From Takakia lepidozioides (Eukaryota; Plantae; Bryophyta), in the NCBI GenBank assembly GCA_030704615.1, contig CM060731.1, forward strand, positions 14,818,001 to 14,882,000: a DNA stretch of 64,000 nt. Reading direction: 5' to 3'. A program made the translations under genes and the position numbers. The notes below the pieces were generated by a model. The model was not told the origin of the DNA. It saw only the letters and a program-made list of their open reading frames with translations, and did not search any database. This document shows positions 12,866-26,485 of this stretch, piece by piece; the first letter of the stretch is position 1; each line of letters opens with the position of its first letter.

Positions 12866-15861
12866 ATGGCAGCTTGCTCCACCCCTCTCCTGAGGCCTCA
12901 GGTGGAGGGCATTGCCAAGGCCCTGTCTTCTCCTTGCGCTCAATGGGAGGGAGGATTTAGATCATGCTGCAGATTGTTGGGCCAGGCTATGAGGGTGTGC
13001 ACATTGGCGAGGCCAGGCCGAAGACCCTTGCAAGTGATGGCTATGGCTCCCCTGAAGCCGAGTCCAGGGAAGCCGAAGAAAGGTACAGGGATTAAACTCT
13101 TGTCTCAAATTGTGTGCATCGGAGCGGGTTCAGGCTGCTAATTATTTGTTGCCGATGGCAGCCAAAACTACCCACATTTGGGTCGTAGGAGTAGAGGAAC
13201 GTGAGTGCATTGACCTCTTCATTGCACTCCTTGAGTTTTCTGGGCGACATCCGAAATTTTGTGGTGTACTTCTTTTCTTTCCAATGTATTGAAATGGCTG
13301 GCCTGCAGCCATATCCCCTGGGGGATGCCCTGTTTTGGGAAAAATACCTACCAGGTCTCCTTTCAGAGTGAGAGTTGTGATAGGGCTCGTGCACAGCCAA
13401 CGGATATGACGCTGCAAGTTCTGAAAGAATTTGAGCTCATTCGTTAATGTAGTCCTCTAGTCATCGAAAGTCTGAAACACATTGAGTCCCTCTGGAGCAG
13501 GGCGCAGCCACTACCGCCATTTTGCATGTATCCATTGGAGGTTTGTGAAACCGTGAACTCATCAGATAAATTTGGGCTTGTAGAGGTGGTGACCACCTGG
13601 AGGAGTGCGGAAGCAGTTTGCTTTGATGTGGACAGCACAGTGTGCCTGGACGAAGGTGTCGATGAACTTGCAGCCTTCTGCGGGGCAGGCGAAGCTGTGG
13701 CTGCCTGGACCGCAAGGTTGACACTGCCTTTCATCTACGTCAGATCTGTAACCCGAACAACCTAGATGTGATTACAATTATTGACACAATCGTGCCTGAA
13801 CCTCGTTGAACGATCTTAAGAGATGATGTTCACTGCAAGACCTTCACAAGAATCACAAGAATCCGAGGTGACACCGACCTGGTTAGTGGATGGGCTGCAA
13901 CACACAGATCTAGAGTTAATTTACCTGTATCAGTATCTGTCTTTTGTCGGCCACCAGTATCAATTAGCATGGAGATGTGTTTTCTTGCCACTTATTGGTA
14001 ACATGAAGTATGAAAAGTTTGCCTGTGACTTTGTTTAAGTAACTTAAGATGTTAATTTATGATACACCAACTTTAAACTAGTGTAAAAAGCACGATTGAC
14101 TGTAGGCAGAAGAACATTGTGAAATCTCTAGACAAAGCTATTGAGTGCAGGGCAGGGCAAGCGATCCAAGTTCAAACTTCACCTTATGCAGGATTTCAGT
14201 TTTATGGAAAGTTTTGGGACTTTCTTGATTCTTTTTATTCTTGGAGACCCAATTCGCCACAATATGGCTCGTTCAACCTGCAGGGCAATGGGCGGGTCTG
14301 TGCCATTTGAAGATGCATTAGCTGCAAGGCTAGCCTTGTTCCGACCCTCTGCCTCCACAGTTGGAAGGTTTCTTACTAGCAAACCCCCCAGGTAAATATA
14401 CTGTGAGTTTGAGAAGGATCTATTGGGGTTGAATGGGTTTACTTGCATTTGGTACGATTGAGTTGATTGGTCAAGTCAATACAAGCTTTTCAGAGAAATC
14501 CATGTTGCTCTTTGTTGGCCTAAATAAGGGCCAAGGTATGAACCATGCCATATCACTGGGCGTGCTAAGGAAAAGATTAGTACTTATCCTACCAGTCCTG
14601 ATGACGAGGACGTTCATTGCAGGCTTAGTCCAGGTATCGAGGAGTTGGTAACAACCTTGCATTATCGTGGAACCCATGTCTACCTTGTTTCTGGCGGTTT
14701 CCGGCAGATGATTGCAGTACATGCTACCTCTTCCTACGCCTGTCCTCTTCCCTGTGCGATTATATAGGTTCTGTGTGTGTGCACATATATTCGTGTCCCT
14801 CTTTCTGTTTTTCTGTCTGCTGCACCAGTCCCATTGCTGTAGCCCTCCAGCTACAGAGGTGACAAATAGTGCTGTGTACGTAACCGCACCGCCACTCAAT
14901 CAAAGAAAATGGAGTCAGAAAGAGAGGGAAGGGGGGGAGAGACTTGACAAAGTGCAGCTAGAAGGTGGTACAAGTATTGTTGATCAGTGTACAGCCTCCC
15001 ATGCAAGAGGATATGTGGTACCCAGAGATGGTATGTGATCCTTCATTCTTGGAAACATTGACATGATCTGTGTTTTGATGGGGCAGCCTGTGGCGGCATT
15101 GTTAAATATACCAAGCAACAATATATTTGCAAACTCGCTCTTGTTTGATGAGAATGGTGATTTCATGGGCTTTGATGCCACAGAGCCCACCTCACGAAGT
15201 GGAGGCAAGGCCACGGCCATAGAACAGATCAAACAGGTTTGTCAGTCTTATTTCCCCATACAGAGATGTTGAACTCGTAACTTGCAGGTCTGAACATCTG
15301 TACAGAAAATGTTCGTTTTGGTTGTCCGAAAGTAGTTGGTGCAAACACTTTTATTGGAGATTTTCCATCAATGCCAAGAAGGGAGTCAAAGCGCCCACTG
15401 GAGCCAGCCTAACTAGGAGCCTCCTTCCAGGCTACTACCCTCTTTTGACAGGGGGTGTAAGTGATGAGCTGTAATTTAGTGCATCTGAACTGACATTACG
15501 GAAGCTGATAGCTTTGGGTACATGTCACAGGAACATGGATATCAGAGCTTGGTGATGGTGGGTGATGGTGCTACGGACCTTGAGGTATCGAATATCTCTT
15601 GACAAGTCAATGCAGTTCTCTTCACATTCTTATTTGGCTGTGTTTGCGGATATGGGTAGTAGGTGGTCTGCGTGTCTGCCTTGTTACTGTGCAGTAATTC
15701 TTTGGTTGCTACTTGTGGGAAAGGCTCGAAGACCAGGCGGGGCGGACATGTTCATCTGCTATGGAGGAGTTCAAGCACGCCCAACTGTTATGGCAGGTGC
15801 CGATTGGTTTGTCCTGAGCTTTGCAGACCTTATCCAATCTCTGGATGACCAGCCATTATAG
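12866..15861 (+). CDS. PSP: Phosphoserine phosphatase, plastid (HAD family), 7 exons
   Basis: Transit-peptide-like exon 12866-13082; ~13584-13715 (motif I CFDVDST), ~14284-14391 (AMGGSVPFEDALAARL), ~14623-14716 (LVSGGF), ~15087-15236 (SGGKA), 15531-15584 (GDGATDLE), ~15724-15861. Confidence 0.95.
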
Positions 15862-17467
15862 TCTACAACTAACAATGGCGCTGATCGTGCATCTAGTCTA
15901 GTTGCTCTGTTGAGGCAGCTAACAATTGTCTAGTAAGTCTTTGCTTCTTAAGCAAAAAGACTGAAGATGGACATGTTCATTTGCTATGGAGGAGAAACAA
16001 CACAGGCTAAACCCACAAGAAAATCCACTCAATGATGTCAATGTAAGACAGATAGGGTCTTTTTCTTCATGGTCTTTTATTCCATTGAAACGTTTTTTTG
16101 ATCTGGTCGGTAGTTTAAAGTGGCCCTTAGCCTCCATGTTGTCTCCTCCTTGGACCTACCCCATAAGAAAAGGGTTTGAAGTTTGAACGTTTGAACCTCA
16201 TCTGGTCCACCATTTTAGTGATTGTTGTGGAATACCACACTTTTCTGCCCAGCCAGTGGCACTTGAATTTCATTCAATTTGGCAAAATCGGTGACATGGT
16301 GACTAGTCAACTGAAACCTCCTCATGGGGTCTGCATTTCACATGGAGCTGTGCGGCCCCTATGTTTTGTAGGGTTATTGTTTCCTTGTATTGTGGGGCCA
16401 ATTCTCTGTCACACACACACCTTCCGAATGCTCATCTCTCCCTCTCCATCTCCTTCATCTACCTAATGTGCCTTGCACAAAAGAGGGCTGGTTGTTGTAT
16501 AAATCTGACATTGCTCTATTGATTTGTAAGCTTCAAAAGGTGCACTGTTGCTGGTCTACATTTCATGCAGCAGAAGTTTCATGGTAGGTTATTATCACAC
16601 ATTTTGAGACCTATCTCATTGAAAACAGATTTTATTTCATAATCACACCAATTCTTGTCGTATGTCCCTCTCTTCTAGAGAAAACCAAATCCTCACCAGC
16701 CCACCGGAATGTGCTGGGGCCCAAGATCCTAAGACAAACGATCCCTGGATGGGCCCAGGAGATGAAAGAATTTACTTAAAATTACTAGGTAGCGAAATCC
16801 TCAAATTCCGTGCTGTTCAGACTTCAAATATGCTTACTAACCAGGCCCACATTGCAAGCTTCATCCATGTACCAAATCTGACATGGTACCTGCGTGTAAA
16901 ACAGGCTGAAAGCAAACAAGTGATCTTGCTTCTCAGTCGAATCCTCGTTGAAAGTACAACATCCAACAGGCAAGAGGTGGGGTTTCCAATCTTTGGGCGA
17001 AACAAACAGAGTATCAGAATGCGGTCATAAATCACACCCAACATTGGTGGAAAGGAAGAAAGAAGGGTGATGAGAGGGAGGACGAGAGAGAGAGATGAGA
17101 AGGGGAGAGAGTGGGGGAGAATCAAAATTTTCAAAATGTCCAAAAGGCAATCATTCCTTTGTCGCGAATTATCGCATTTTATAGCCCATGTGAAGGACTT
17201 CAAATTGGTACAATGTCCCAAGGACTCTACACAACCAAAGGCCACACCAATGGATCCACATATTTACAATGACAGGAGAGAGTGGGTGCAACCTGAAGTG
17301 CTATCATCTGCTAATCAATAGTTAAGGATACAACTAGTGGTATATACACTGTAAATCAAACATTGTAAATATGCGACAAGAAAGGCCATGAAGTAACAAT
17401 TTGTAATAAAATACCAACCAATGTCATTTCAGCCTCTGCATCCCATGTGAGGGCTGGACAAGGAGTG

Positions 17468-18709
17468 TCAATCGCGTGTGGCAACCCAAGTACGGGGCCT
17501 TTCCTCCTCAACCTCCATCTCTGGCTGCGGCTCCGGAGGTTGAAACTCTGACTCAAGGTCTGCTAAATTCTTCAAATCAACCATAGACAGATTGTCTAGC
17601 CTGCGGACAACTAAGTCTGCAGCTCCAAGCTCAAAAATGGGGTGCTTCCCAGCAACAGCCACACACTTCATGCACGCATCGTGGGCTGCCTCCACAGCAG
17701 AATTTGAGTTTCCAAATACAATACACCGATTTGGAATAAAATTGAGTCGCTCAGCTGCATATAGAAACATCTCAGGGTCGGGTTTACCCCTGTATACATC
17801 CTCAGAAGCAAGCACAACATTGAAGAACCCCTCCATGCCTACTGCTTCCATCGCTCTTTCCAAATACTTCCTTGGCCTGGTTGATGCAATGGCAATAGGA
17901 ATATTATACTTCTTCATCGTTTCTATAAACTCCCGGGACCCCGGCCGCAACCTGTAAGTACCACCTTGCATTTCGTCATACAATTTTTCCTTTCTCATTG
18001 CCAGACGCTTCATTTGCCTATGGTCTCTGGACCAGCACAGAACTTCAGAAATTGCCTGCTCGTTCTTCATCCCTTCTGCTCTTTTTAGTAGGAATGTGGG
18101 TGGGGGCTTCCTCCCTTCCTCCTCGGCAAGGGCTGTCCATGCCTTCCTCTCAATATCGGCATCATCTTCCACAATCACACCTTCCCATTCTAGTACCAAT
18201 CCCAGCCATCCGCATCCCATCCGCTCTAGTCGGAGCAGTGGATTGTGCAGAGAGATGTCATCGGCTCTGTTCCTAGGCAGCAGAGGGACGGACAAAGGAC
18301 CTGTCTCAGTGAAGTAGGAGACTTCCAAAGATTTTCTTGCCTTCTCATGTGGCACATGTGCCTCCTCTGTCGCTTCCTTCGACAAGGCCCGCACACAAAG
18401 GCAATGTTCAACTCTATGACCTCTCTTGGAAATTGACCCCGATCTTGAAGAAACCCTAAGGGTGTCTATACTGGAATCAACGGAGCTTCTGAGGGTGGCA
18501 GAGGAAAACATCGGCCTTAGAGGAACGGCATCGTTTGAAGCTTGCATATGTATCCTACTAAGGCCCACATGCTGAACACTAACGATGGAAGAAGGGGAAG
18601 AAAACATGTCGTTTTTCGAGCTGGAGCTGACCGCCTGTGCAGACCCCTGGCCCCGGAGTAGATCAACCACTGCTGGTTGCGCAAGTGACACAATTCTCAT
18701 GGTTGTCAT
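17468..18709 (-). CDS. Plastid HAD-like phosphatase (5-amino-6-(5-phospho-D-ribitylamino)uracil phosphatase / PyrP2-like family)
   Basis: 413-aa intronless ORF with an S/R-rich transit peptide, NRADD-SLHNPLLRLERMGCGW, LEWEGVIVED, GKPDPEMF and CIVFGNSN motifs typical of this plant HAD subfamily. Confidence 0.85.
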   Translation of the reverse strand: MTTMRIVSLAQPAVVDLLRGQGSAQAVSSSSKNDMFSSPSSIVSVQHVGLSRIHMQASNDAVPLRPMFSSATLRSSVDSSIDTLRVSSRSGSISKRGHRVEHCLCVRALSKEATEEAHVPHEKARKSLEVSYFTETGPLSVPLLPRNRADDISLHNPLLRLERMGCGWLGLVLEWEGVIVEDDADIERKAWTALAEEEGRKPPPTFLLKRAEGMKNEQAISEVLCWSRDHRQMKRLAMRKEKLYDEMQGGTYRLRPGSREFIETMKKYNIPIAIASTRPRKYLERAMEAVGMEGFFNVVLASEDVYRGKPDPEMFLYAAERLNFIPNRCIVFGNSNSAVEAAHDACMKCVAVAGKHPIFELGAADLVVRRLDNLSMVDLKNLADLESEFQPPEPQPEMEVEEERPRTWVATRD

Positions 18710-19854
18710 GGCTCTACCAGCTACAGATGTCCACCCTCTCTCTTCGCTCCTGAAGAATCGTTATACACAAAAAATGCACCCAACAGCGAAACCCCAAAGA
18801 AAGGTAACACTAGCCTGCTCAGGCAAGCCCACTAAACCAAACAGTGCTACTACGGATTTGAGAATGGGCGACTAAGAAGAGCAGATAACACTTCGCTTCG
18901 ATGCTAATAGCATGACTTCACTTCACCAAAGGTATGGCGGTCCGATTTCACTCAGCTCCCACTAGTTGTCTCCTTCCTATCAATACAAACGACCCCAACT
19001 GCCTACACCAGGGAAGGAAGGCTGCTTTGGATGCACACTCAAATCTCAGAGACTGCTAAAATTATAGCCCACGGCCAACCAGAGGTACTCGAAACCCTAC
19101 GCAGACAACGACGATTCCCCCGCAACCGAACCCCACTTTGATTTCACTCCCACAACTGTTCGCAGCCAGAAGACACAACCTCCACTCACACAATCCAAAA
19201 TTCGGGTTGGAGGCGAACAAAGCCCGATTCAGGACCCCAGTTCGTCACGGCCACTTGAAAGCGACAACGAAGAACAAGATAATTCACAGTGAAAAACACA
19301 AGAAGGCTGCCTTCAGACGAAAACCTACACCGCAGTCTTCCTCCCTTCTTGTTAGCTTGATTAAGAACTCCACAGAGCACACAAGCTGAGCAGAGAGTTG
19401 AAATATAGCCAAGAAGCAACACAACCCAACCTTGCCCGTCCCTTGATGCCCTCCCTGAGCAGCGTAATTGGCACGAAAGAGCCTCGCTGCGCCGGCGCAA
19501 GGAAGGTGACGATGCAGGCGCTGAGCTCGCTGGCTATGGGGGACGCAGGACAGCCTTAGCTTTGCAGCCCCGCCTAAGTGCGGTCAATGCCCCCACCTGC
19601 TACGTGGCTCCTTCTTACCCTGTTCACGCCCCGCCTACGTGCGGCCTCCTGGAAGACCCCAGAAATACATAAATGGAAGAGAAAAGAAGAAAGTAAAAAG
19701 TCTTCTTCCGCTGAGTCACTCACTCAGGCGGTGACACGCTTTGTGAAAAGAAGCTACTACAATTTTTCTTTTTTCTTTTTTCTTTTTTCTTTTTTTAGAG
19801 AAAGGGGACAGAGGCCCTTTTAATCTTTTTTTTTCTTTTTTCTTTTTTTTCTAC

Positions 19855-21737
19855 AGAACAGGGACAGAGGCCCTGGAAATTTATTAAAGGATGGATGAAG
19901 GTACAATGAAGTGGAAAAAATAACCACCCTGGGGCTCTGAAGGCTTACTGGTGGGATACCACCCGTGACCATAATTCAAGAAACTGGGGACAGAGGCCAG
20001 GCTGAATTAACTTTAATTCTTGTTATTAGTTTTTTTTTTTTTTTTTTGAAGTAGGAAGGGGACAGGGAGTGGACTCGGCCCTGTTCTTTTGTTTCTCAAG
20101 AAGAGAATCCTTCGGGCAGCTTGGCCCCCTTCTATGACACAACTATATATTTACCTTTAATCCTTTATAAAATCAGTGTAGACTCATATGGCGTCATAAT
20201 GGAATATAACAAACTCTGTTGCGGATGTATATCTAGTCACATATACATCCTGCAACATAATTAAAAAAACGTATGCTGACATACAATTTGCCACTTCGCA
20301 GAGAGAGAGAGAAGAATTCCGCGGAAGCCGGCGTAACTAAGAGCCACTTCGCCTCACCCCTCTCCCCCTCTCGGGGGTGGGCCCTTTCCACTTCACATAG
20401 GTATAACACAAGTTTTATACCCTCTACCCTCGTGGTCATGCCCAACCACTGTCACCCATGGCCATAATAAGTATATATTCAACCTTTGAATCTCCTTGAA
20501 GCCTTCTTGGTCCTAGTTGCCACCAGCCCCAACCAATCTCTACAGCAAACACCCCATAGTGAGCCTCCCCTACCGCCGCCTCCCTCCTCCTGCTGGTCCT
20601 TGTTGCCGGCCTCACGTTCTCTTATATCTTTTTTCCTTTGGTCCTCACTGCAAAGTGAGCGTCGCTTGAGTACCGTGAACTCAACTAGCGAGGCGCTACT
20701 TGATCCTACCTCCCTTCCACTCGCCTCCCTCCATTCTAGAACATTCGTCCCTGGATCACCTTGGCCAGCCATGCGCATGAGTGCATGTGGACCCCATATG
20801 CAATTAGCCACCCTTGAGACTGCATGGGGCCATTCATCGATTTTATTTTTTGAAGGATTGGGGTACATATTGGCCCCCTTCTCTTGTTTGCTTTTTCCCC
20901 TGTAATTGATTGGTTACCGAGTGGTAAAGATAGGCCCCACGCCCCAAAGGGGCCAAATAGCCCTGAAGCGAAGTGGCTCTTAGTTACGCCGGCTTCGGCC
21001 GGAGTCTTCTCTATCTTTGGCTTGGTAAGATGGGTCATTTTTTCCTGTCCCTTTTTCTTAATTTGATTTTCCAGGCTTCTATCGCCGCTTTGAAAAAAAA
21101 CAAATCAAAAATAAAACAAAAAAAAAAAAAAAAAAAAACGGGGCCAGGGAGCCACTGCTCACAAATTATTATTATTAGAAATTTTGAAAGGAAATCTTGT
21201 ATCTTAGGAACATAAGTTGTCGGAGCGGTCACTGCCTGGCCCTGTTTCTGTTTTCGGAAAAAATAGAACAGAGCCTCGGTACCCTTCTTGTTTTTGAATT
21301 AAGAAGGGGTGGTCGCTCTATTATTTACAATAATAAATAATAAAGAAACGAAGTTTAGGGACATTGTGGGCGGAGCTTGGGCCAGCATCTTGGTTATGTG
21401 GTGGCAATGTGGAAAAGTTGTTTTGGTTGTTTTCCCAAGAATTGTCATCCATGAGCTCTGGCCGCAACCTGCCAAGTGTCAGATGTAATGGTAATTTTCT
21501 AATAATAATTTTCTAATTTTCTAATCTTTTAATATTCTAGTGAGTTGGAGATTAGTTTTAGAATAGGCAAAAATAGGTAATGTAAAACCCCCAAACAATG
21601 AGAAAAAAATGAAGAAAAAAAATGTATAACATTTTTTTGCAATTGGGTCCAGCTAATAATAGGAGCTATTAGTGGTTATTTTTTCCACCTACTGTATCTC
21701 CTTTTAATAAATTTCCAGGGCCTCTATCCCCTGTTCT
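19855..21737. mobile_element. Non-autonomous foldback/TIR element
   Basis: ~75-bp imperfect inverted ends: gaacagggacagaggccctggaaatttattaaagg...gtggaaaaaataaccac vs gtggttattttttccac...ccttttaataaatttccagggcctctatcccctgttc. Nearby ggggacagaggcc repeats. Confidence 0.55.
20305..21013. mobile_element. MITE-like element nested in the foldback
   Basis: 29-bp perfect inverted core gaagccggcgtaactaagagccacttcgc (~20324) / gcgaagtggctcttagttacgccggcttc (~20968), extending imperfectly to ~50 bp. Confidence 0.7.
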
Positions 21738-23314
21738 CCAACATAAAATAAAATAATAGGGTAGTATGTGCCGTTGGCCAAAATGTTCAATGTCGTCTAA
21801 CTCCAAGTGCAATTTTCTATGCATCCAAATGTGCCTCCTATGTTAACGCCCATCTAAGCCCAAGTGCGATCTCCAATGTCATTCCAACACTTCATTTTGT
21901 AACTTAGTTGAATTTTCAGCGACCAAAATTGTTCATATTCCTATAATTCTCGGCTGGTACATCCAAATTTTGTGAAACCAAATCGGTGCACCCCTACTCA
22001 TGGGCTTTCCAACTGGACCAAAATCGCGGCCTCTATCTAAGCCCAAGTGCAACCTCCAGTGTCCTTCCAACACCTGATTTTGTAATTTAGTTGAATTTTC
22101 AGTGACCAAAATTGTTTATAATTCCATAAGTCTCGGGCCAATCGTTGTCCTAAGAAAGTCCATTTTGTTATTTTTCACAAATTTCTGGCCACCAAAAGTA
22201 CATGAAATTCCAGATCTCCCACACCGCAAGTCCAAAAATCATGAGACCAAGTCGGTGCACCCCTCCTCATCGAGGGCTTTCCAATGGTACCAAGCACCAT
22301 GGCTAGAGCCCCACGGTTTGGGAGATCTCAACGCTACAAAACAAACAAACAAACAAACAAACTGGCTTGCTTTATATATTCACTAGGAGCCTGTGCCGTT
22401 GGCCCAAGTGTCTAGTGTCATCTAAGTCCAAGTGCAATCCCCTATGTATCAAAGTGCATCTCCTATGTCGAGGCCCAAATGCAACCTCTAGGGTAGCCTT
22501 TGCCGTTGGCCCAAGTGTCCAATGTCACGTTTCTTTTCCACAGAGCCTACGGTCAGATTTGAACCGGAGACCTTTCCCTTGATATCTCTCCCGTCGAGGC
22601 TCCAACCATTGTCCAAGGAATGCCCACTTTGCCATTTTTGCTATTTTTTGTGAATTTTCAGCGACCAAAAGTACTTGGAATTCCACATCTCCCACACCGT
22701 AGGTCCAAAAATCATGAGACCAAGCCCGTGTACCCCTCCTCGTCGAGGGCTTTCCAATGGTACCAAGCACCAGGGCTGGGGCCTTGCGATTTGGGACATC
22801 TCAACGTGACAAAACAAAACAAAACAAAACAAACAAACTGGCTTCCTTCATAGATTGATAGGGTAGCCTGTGCCGTTGGCCCAAGTGTCCAGTGTCATCT
22901 AAAGTCCAAGTGCAATTCCCTATGTATCCAAGTGCGTCTCCCATGTGGAGACCCAAATGCAACCTCTAGGGTAGCTTATGCCGTTGGCCCAAGTGTCCAC
23001 TCTCATCTAAGCCCAAGTGTAAGATCTTCTATGTATCCCACTGCGTCTCCTATGTCGAGGCCCAAGCGCGACCTCTAGGGTAGCCTGTTCTGTTGGCCCA
23101 AGTGTCGAGTGTCATCTAAGCCCAAGTGGAAGATCTTCTATGTATCCCACTGTGTCTCTTATGTCGATGCCCAAGTGCGACCTCTAGTGTAGCCTATGCC
23201 GTTTGGCCCATATGTGAAGAATTGAAATCTAAGACCAAGTGTAATTTCCTATGTATCTAAGTGCGTCTCATATGTTGAGGCCCAAGTGCAACCTCTAGGC
23301 CCTAGGGTAGCTTG

Positions 23315-24930
23315 GAGGGTAGCTACCGTAGTTCACGTGAGCACGCTCACGCTTTAAGTGGTAAACGTGAGCAAAATCCCTTAAGCGTGAGCGGATTGCA
23401 AGCATGAGCAGATTAGTGAATGGGATCCTACAACCGAGGGAAGAAGATGGCCTATTGCCATGGACAAAAAATACACTGCACGGACGCAATCTCCACCCCA
23501 TCCGACGGAAGAATCCTTGGTGGGTGACGACCATATGGTACGAATGTGCGATTAAAAGTTGCCGGATGAATGGTTTTGAGATGAATGAAAAAAAGAATGG
23601 ATGAATGTTGGATGACTTTTGGATGAAAAAATGAGCGACATGAATGAACCATGGTGCGTGTGCAAGTGCTCGAGATTAAGGTGTCGTCAACGACATCTTA
23701 ATTCCCAGTACGAGTGGGCACATGACAGCTTACGGAAAAACCAAAATCCCCGAATTTTGTTTCCCAAAAACATTAACCAAAAAAATTTCAACCCAAAAAA
23801 CTTTCAAGGCGAAGAAGCCTTAGCGGTAAGGCGGTGTGTGTGCAGGTGGTGGGGATTAAGGTGTCGTCAACGACATCTTAATTCCCAGCAAGTTTTCAAA
23901 TATATATATATATCCGTTTTCTTTTTTTTCTTTTTCTTTTTCTTTCTGTGCCAGATTAAGGTGTCGTCAACGCCATCTTAATTCCCAGCAAGTTTTCCCT
24001 AATATATATTAAAAAAAACGTTGTTTTTTTTTTTTTGTTCATCCAAAAAATTTCAACCCACAAAAATCTGATGGCGAACAAGCCTTGGCGGTAAGGCGGT
24101 GTGTGTGCAGGTGCTGGGTTAAGGTGTCGTCAACGACATCTTAATTCCCAGTACGAGTTGGCATATGACAATTCATGAAAAAATCAAAAACCCCAAAAAA
24201 ATTCACCCAAAAAAATCTGATGGCGAACGAGCCTTGGCGGTAAGGCGGTGTGTGTGCAGGTGCTAGGGATTAAGGTGTCGTCAACGACATCTTAATTCCC
24301 AGTACGAGTTGGCATATGACAATTCATGGAAAAATCAAAAACCCCAAAAAAATTCACCCAAAAAAATCTGATGGCGAACGAGCCTTGGCGGTAAGGCGGT
24401 GTGTATGCAGGTGCTAGTAAGGTGTCGTCAACGACATCTTAATTCCTAGTACATGTTTTGAAATGTTTATTTATAAAGCACGAGTTCACCTCTCTGCCTT
24501 CTTTAGATTTGGGTGTGAGCATTTCTCTCAACCTTGGATACCTGGAAAAATGACAAGTAACCCCTCCTCAATCCACAAGGCAATGTGGATTCATTGTTGG
24601 CAATATACACTGCACTTTCACAATTGATTTGCAAGCAAGACTAGCATGGTTTAAAGGATTTCGGAGCTCCGGGGATTTCGGAGCTACTACTACAAAACAA
24701 CTTTGTATTATTTCATTTATTTCATTCATCCATGTCTCATTCATCATACAGACATTCATCCGCCATTCATCCCTCATTCATCCCAGCAGCATCCACAACC
24801 GAGCTTGTAATACTGGCCACTATGCGTAGTAATAGGTCTTCTAAGTCGAGTAGGCGCCCGCGGTTATAGAGCAGATTTCTGCTCACGGATTTTTCTGCTC
24901 ACGGGATCTGCTCACAGAATAGCATCCCCC
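23315..24930. mobile_element. Non-autonomous Mutator-like element
   Basis: 9-bp TSD ggtagcttg (23306-23314) / ggtagcctg (24931-24939); G-rich termini; inverted subterminal gtgagca/tgctcac and ggatgaa/ttcatcc motifs; left end is homologous to the MULE terminus at ~56710. Confidence 0.6.
23676..24450 (+). repeat. Tandem repeat (100-180-bp units) with a 26-bp palindrome
   Basis: ttaaggtgtcgtcaacgacatcttaa occurs 6 times (about 23676, 23857, 23956, 24119, 24270, 24418). Confidence 0.85.
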
Positions 24931-26485
24931 GGTAGCCTGTGCCGTTGGCCTAAGTGTTCGATGTCATCTAAGTCCAAATGCATTTTTTTTCCACAGAGCC
25001 TACGACCAGATTTGAACCGGAGACCTTTCCATTGATATCTCTCCCGTCGAGGCTCCAACCATTGTCCCAGGAATGCCCACTGTGCCATTTTTGCTATTTT
25101 TTGTGAATTTTCGGCGACCAAAAATACTTGAAATGCCACATCTCCCACACCGCAGGTCCAAAAACCGTGAGACCAAGCCGGTGCACCCCTCCTCGTCAAG
25201 GGCTTTCCAACGGTACCAAGCATCAGCGCTGGGGCCTCCCGGTTTGGGACATCTCAACGCTATAAAACAAAACAAAACAAAACAAACAAACAAACAAAAG
25301 TTTCGATCCATATATTGATATGATTGTGTACAATAGGCTCATATTTACGCTAGCTTCGGCTGGCGTCATATATATATATATATATATATATAGGTTATGT
25401 GGTGGCAATGTCGAAAACTTGTTTTGATTGTTTTCATTAGACTTGTCATCCATGAGCTCTGACTGCAACCTGCCAAGTGTCAGATGTAATCTAATAATAA
25501 TTTTCTAATTTTCTAATCTTTTAATATTCTAGTGAGTTGGAGACTAGTTTTAGCATAGGCAAAAATAGGTAATGTCACATCATCATTATCAGCCATATCA
25601 TCAATGTCTGTTTTATGGAAGCTGCTAGAACTGTACGACTTGTCCAAAACAAAAGAAAAAAAACCCAAAAAAATGAAGAAGAAAAAAAATGTATTGTATT
25701 TTTTGGCAACTAGTCCAGCTAATATATGATTGTGTAAAGAGGCTCATATTGACGCTAGCTTCGGTTGGCGTCATATATATAATATATATATATGATTGTG
25801 TAATTGCAGTTATGTAGTTAGTAATAGGAGCATTTTGGACTCGGTCACTTCCCTATGAGATTTGAAATGGACCATTTCAGTCCCAGTCGAAATGGTTGGT
25901 GCTATTACTTTAATAAGATTCACCCCAAAAGAGATTGACTATCGTAGTTGCACTCATTATGAGTTTTTGGTCATAGTTTTGTTGTAGTTTCTCTTCGTTT
26001 CTTCACCAACAGTACTTCAATAGCATTCCTTGACACTCCAACCTTGCTTTTTCTAAAGGATCTTATTCAAGTTGGACAAATTTTGTGGAACTCTTTCAGC
26101 TCATTGATTGTGCTGTAGTGGTAATGTAGCTACTTGCTCCAACCTATGTGGGTGCCATTGTTTTTGTAGGGCTCAAAGTTATGGACAGCCTCCATCAATG
26201 AATGGGTCAGTTGAGTAGCCTAGTCAGCAAGTACATGCAAAACCCTTGATCTGATTCTATCCCTTGGGTTGTTTGTTGTTTGTTTGTTTGTTTAGATCTT
26301 CCAAATGCCCTTAGAAGAGAAGGAGATAAGGTTGCATACAGGTGATTGGGCCGCAAGATTCTAGAAAGAAAGATTCAAGAAATGCTAGACGTCATTCGAT
26401 TCCCTCTTTCTTAACCCAATGTACTTTGAAAGAACTATTGTATATCTTACGTTGAAGGTGTCTTTGGGGGTTTTCACTCTTATAG

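Larger units (their letters stand above)
21758..25300 (+). repeat. Degenerate ~110-bp tandem repeat interleaved with a ~200-300-bp module ending in (caaaa/caaa)n
   Basis: Unit gtagcctgtgccgttggcccaagtgtc...ctaagcccaagtg...acctctagg recurs at about 21760, 22387, 22490, 22861, 22970, 23080, 23190 and 24931; module copies at about 22160, 22535 and 24985. Confidence 0.75.

Noticed and set aside
17468-18709. EWEG in place of the HAD DxD motif as a sign of pseudogenisation
   Set aside because: This variant is normal for the plant subfamily, and the ORF is intact.
21393-25575. TRIM/LARD bounded by ~180-bp direct repeats
   Set aside because: No TG...CA ends, PBS, PPT or TSD were seen.
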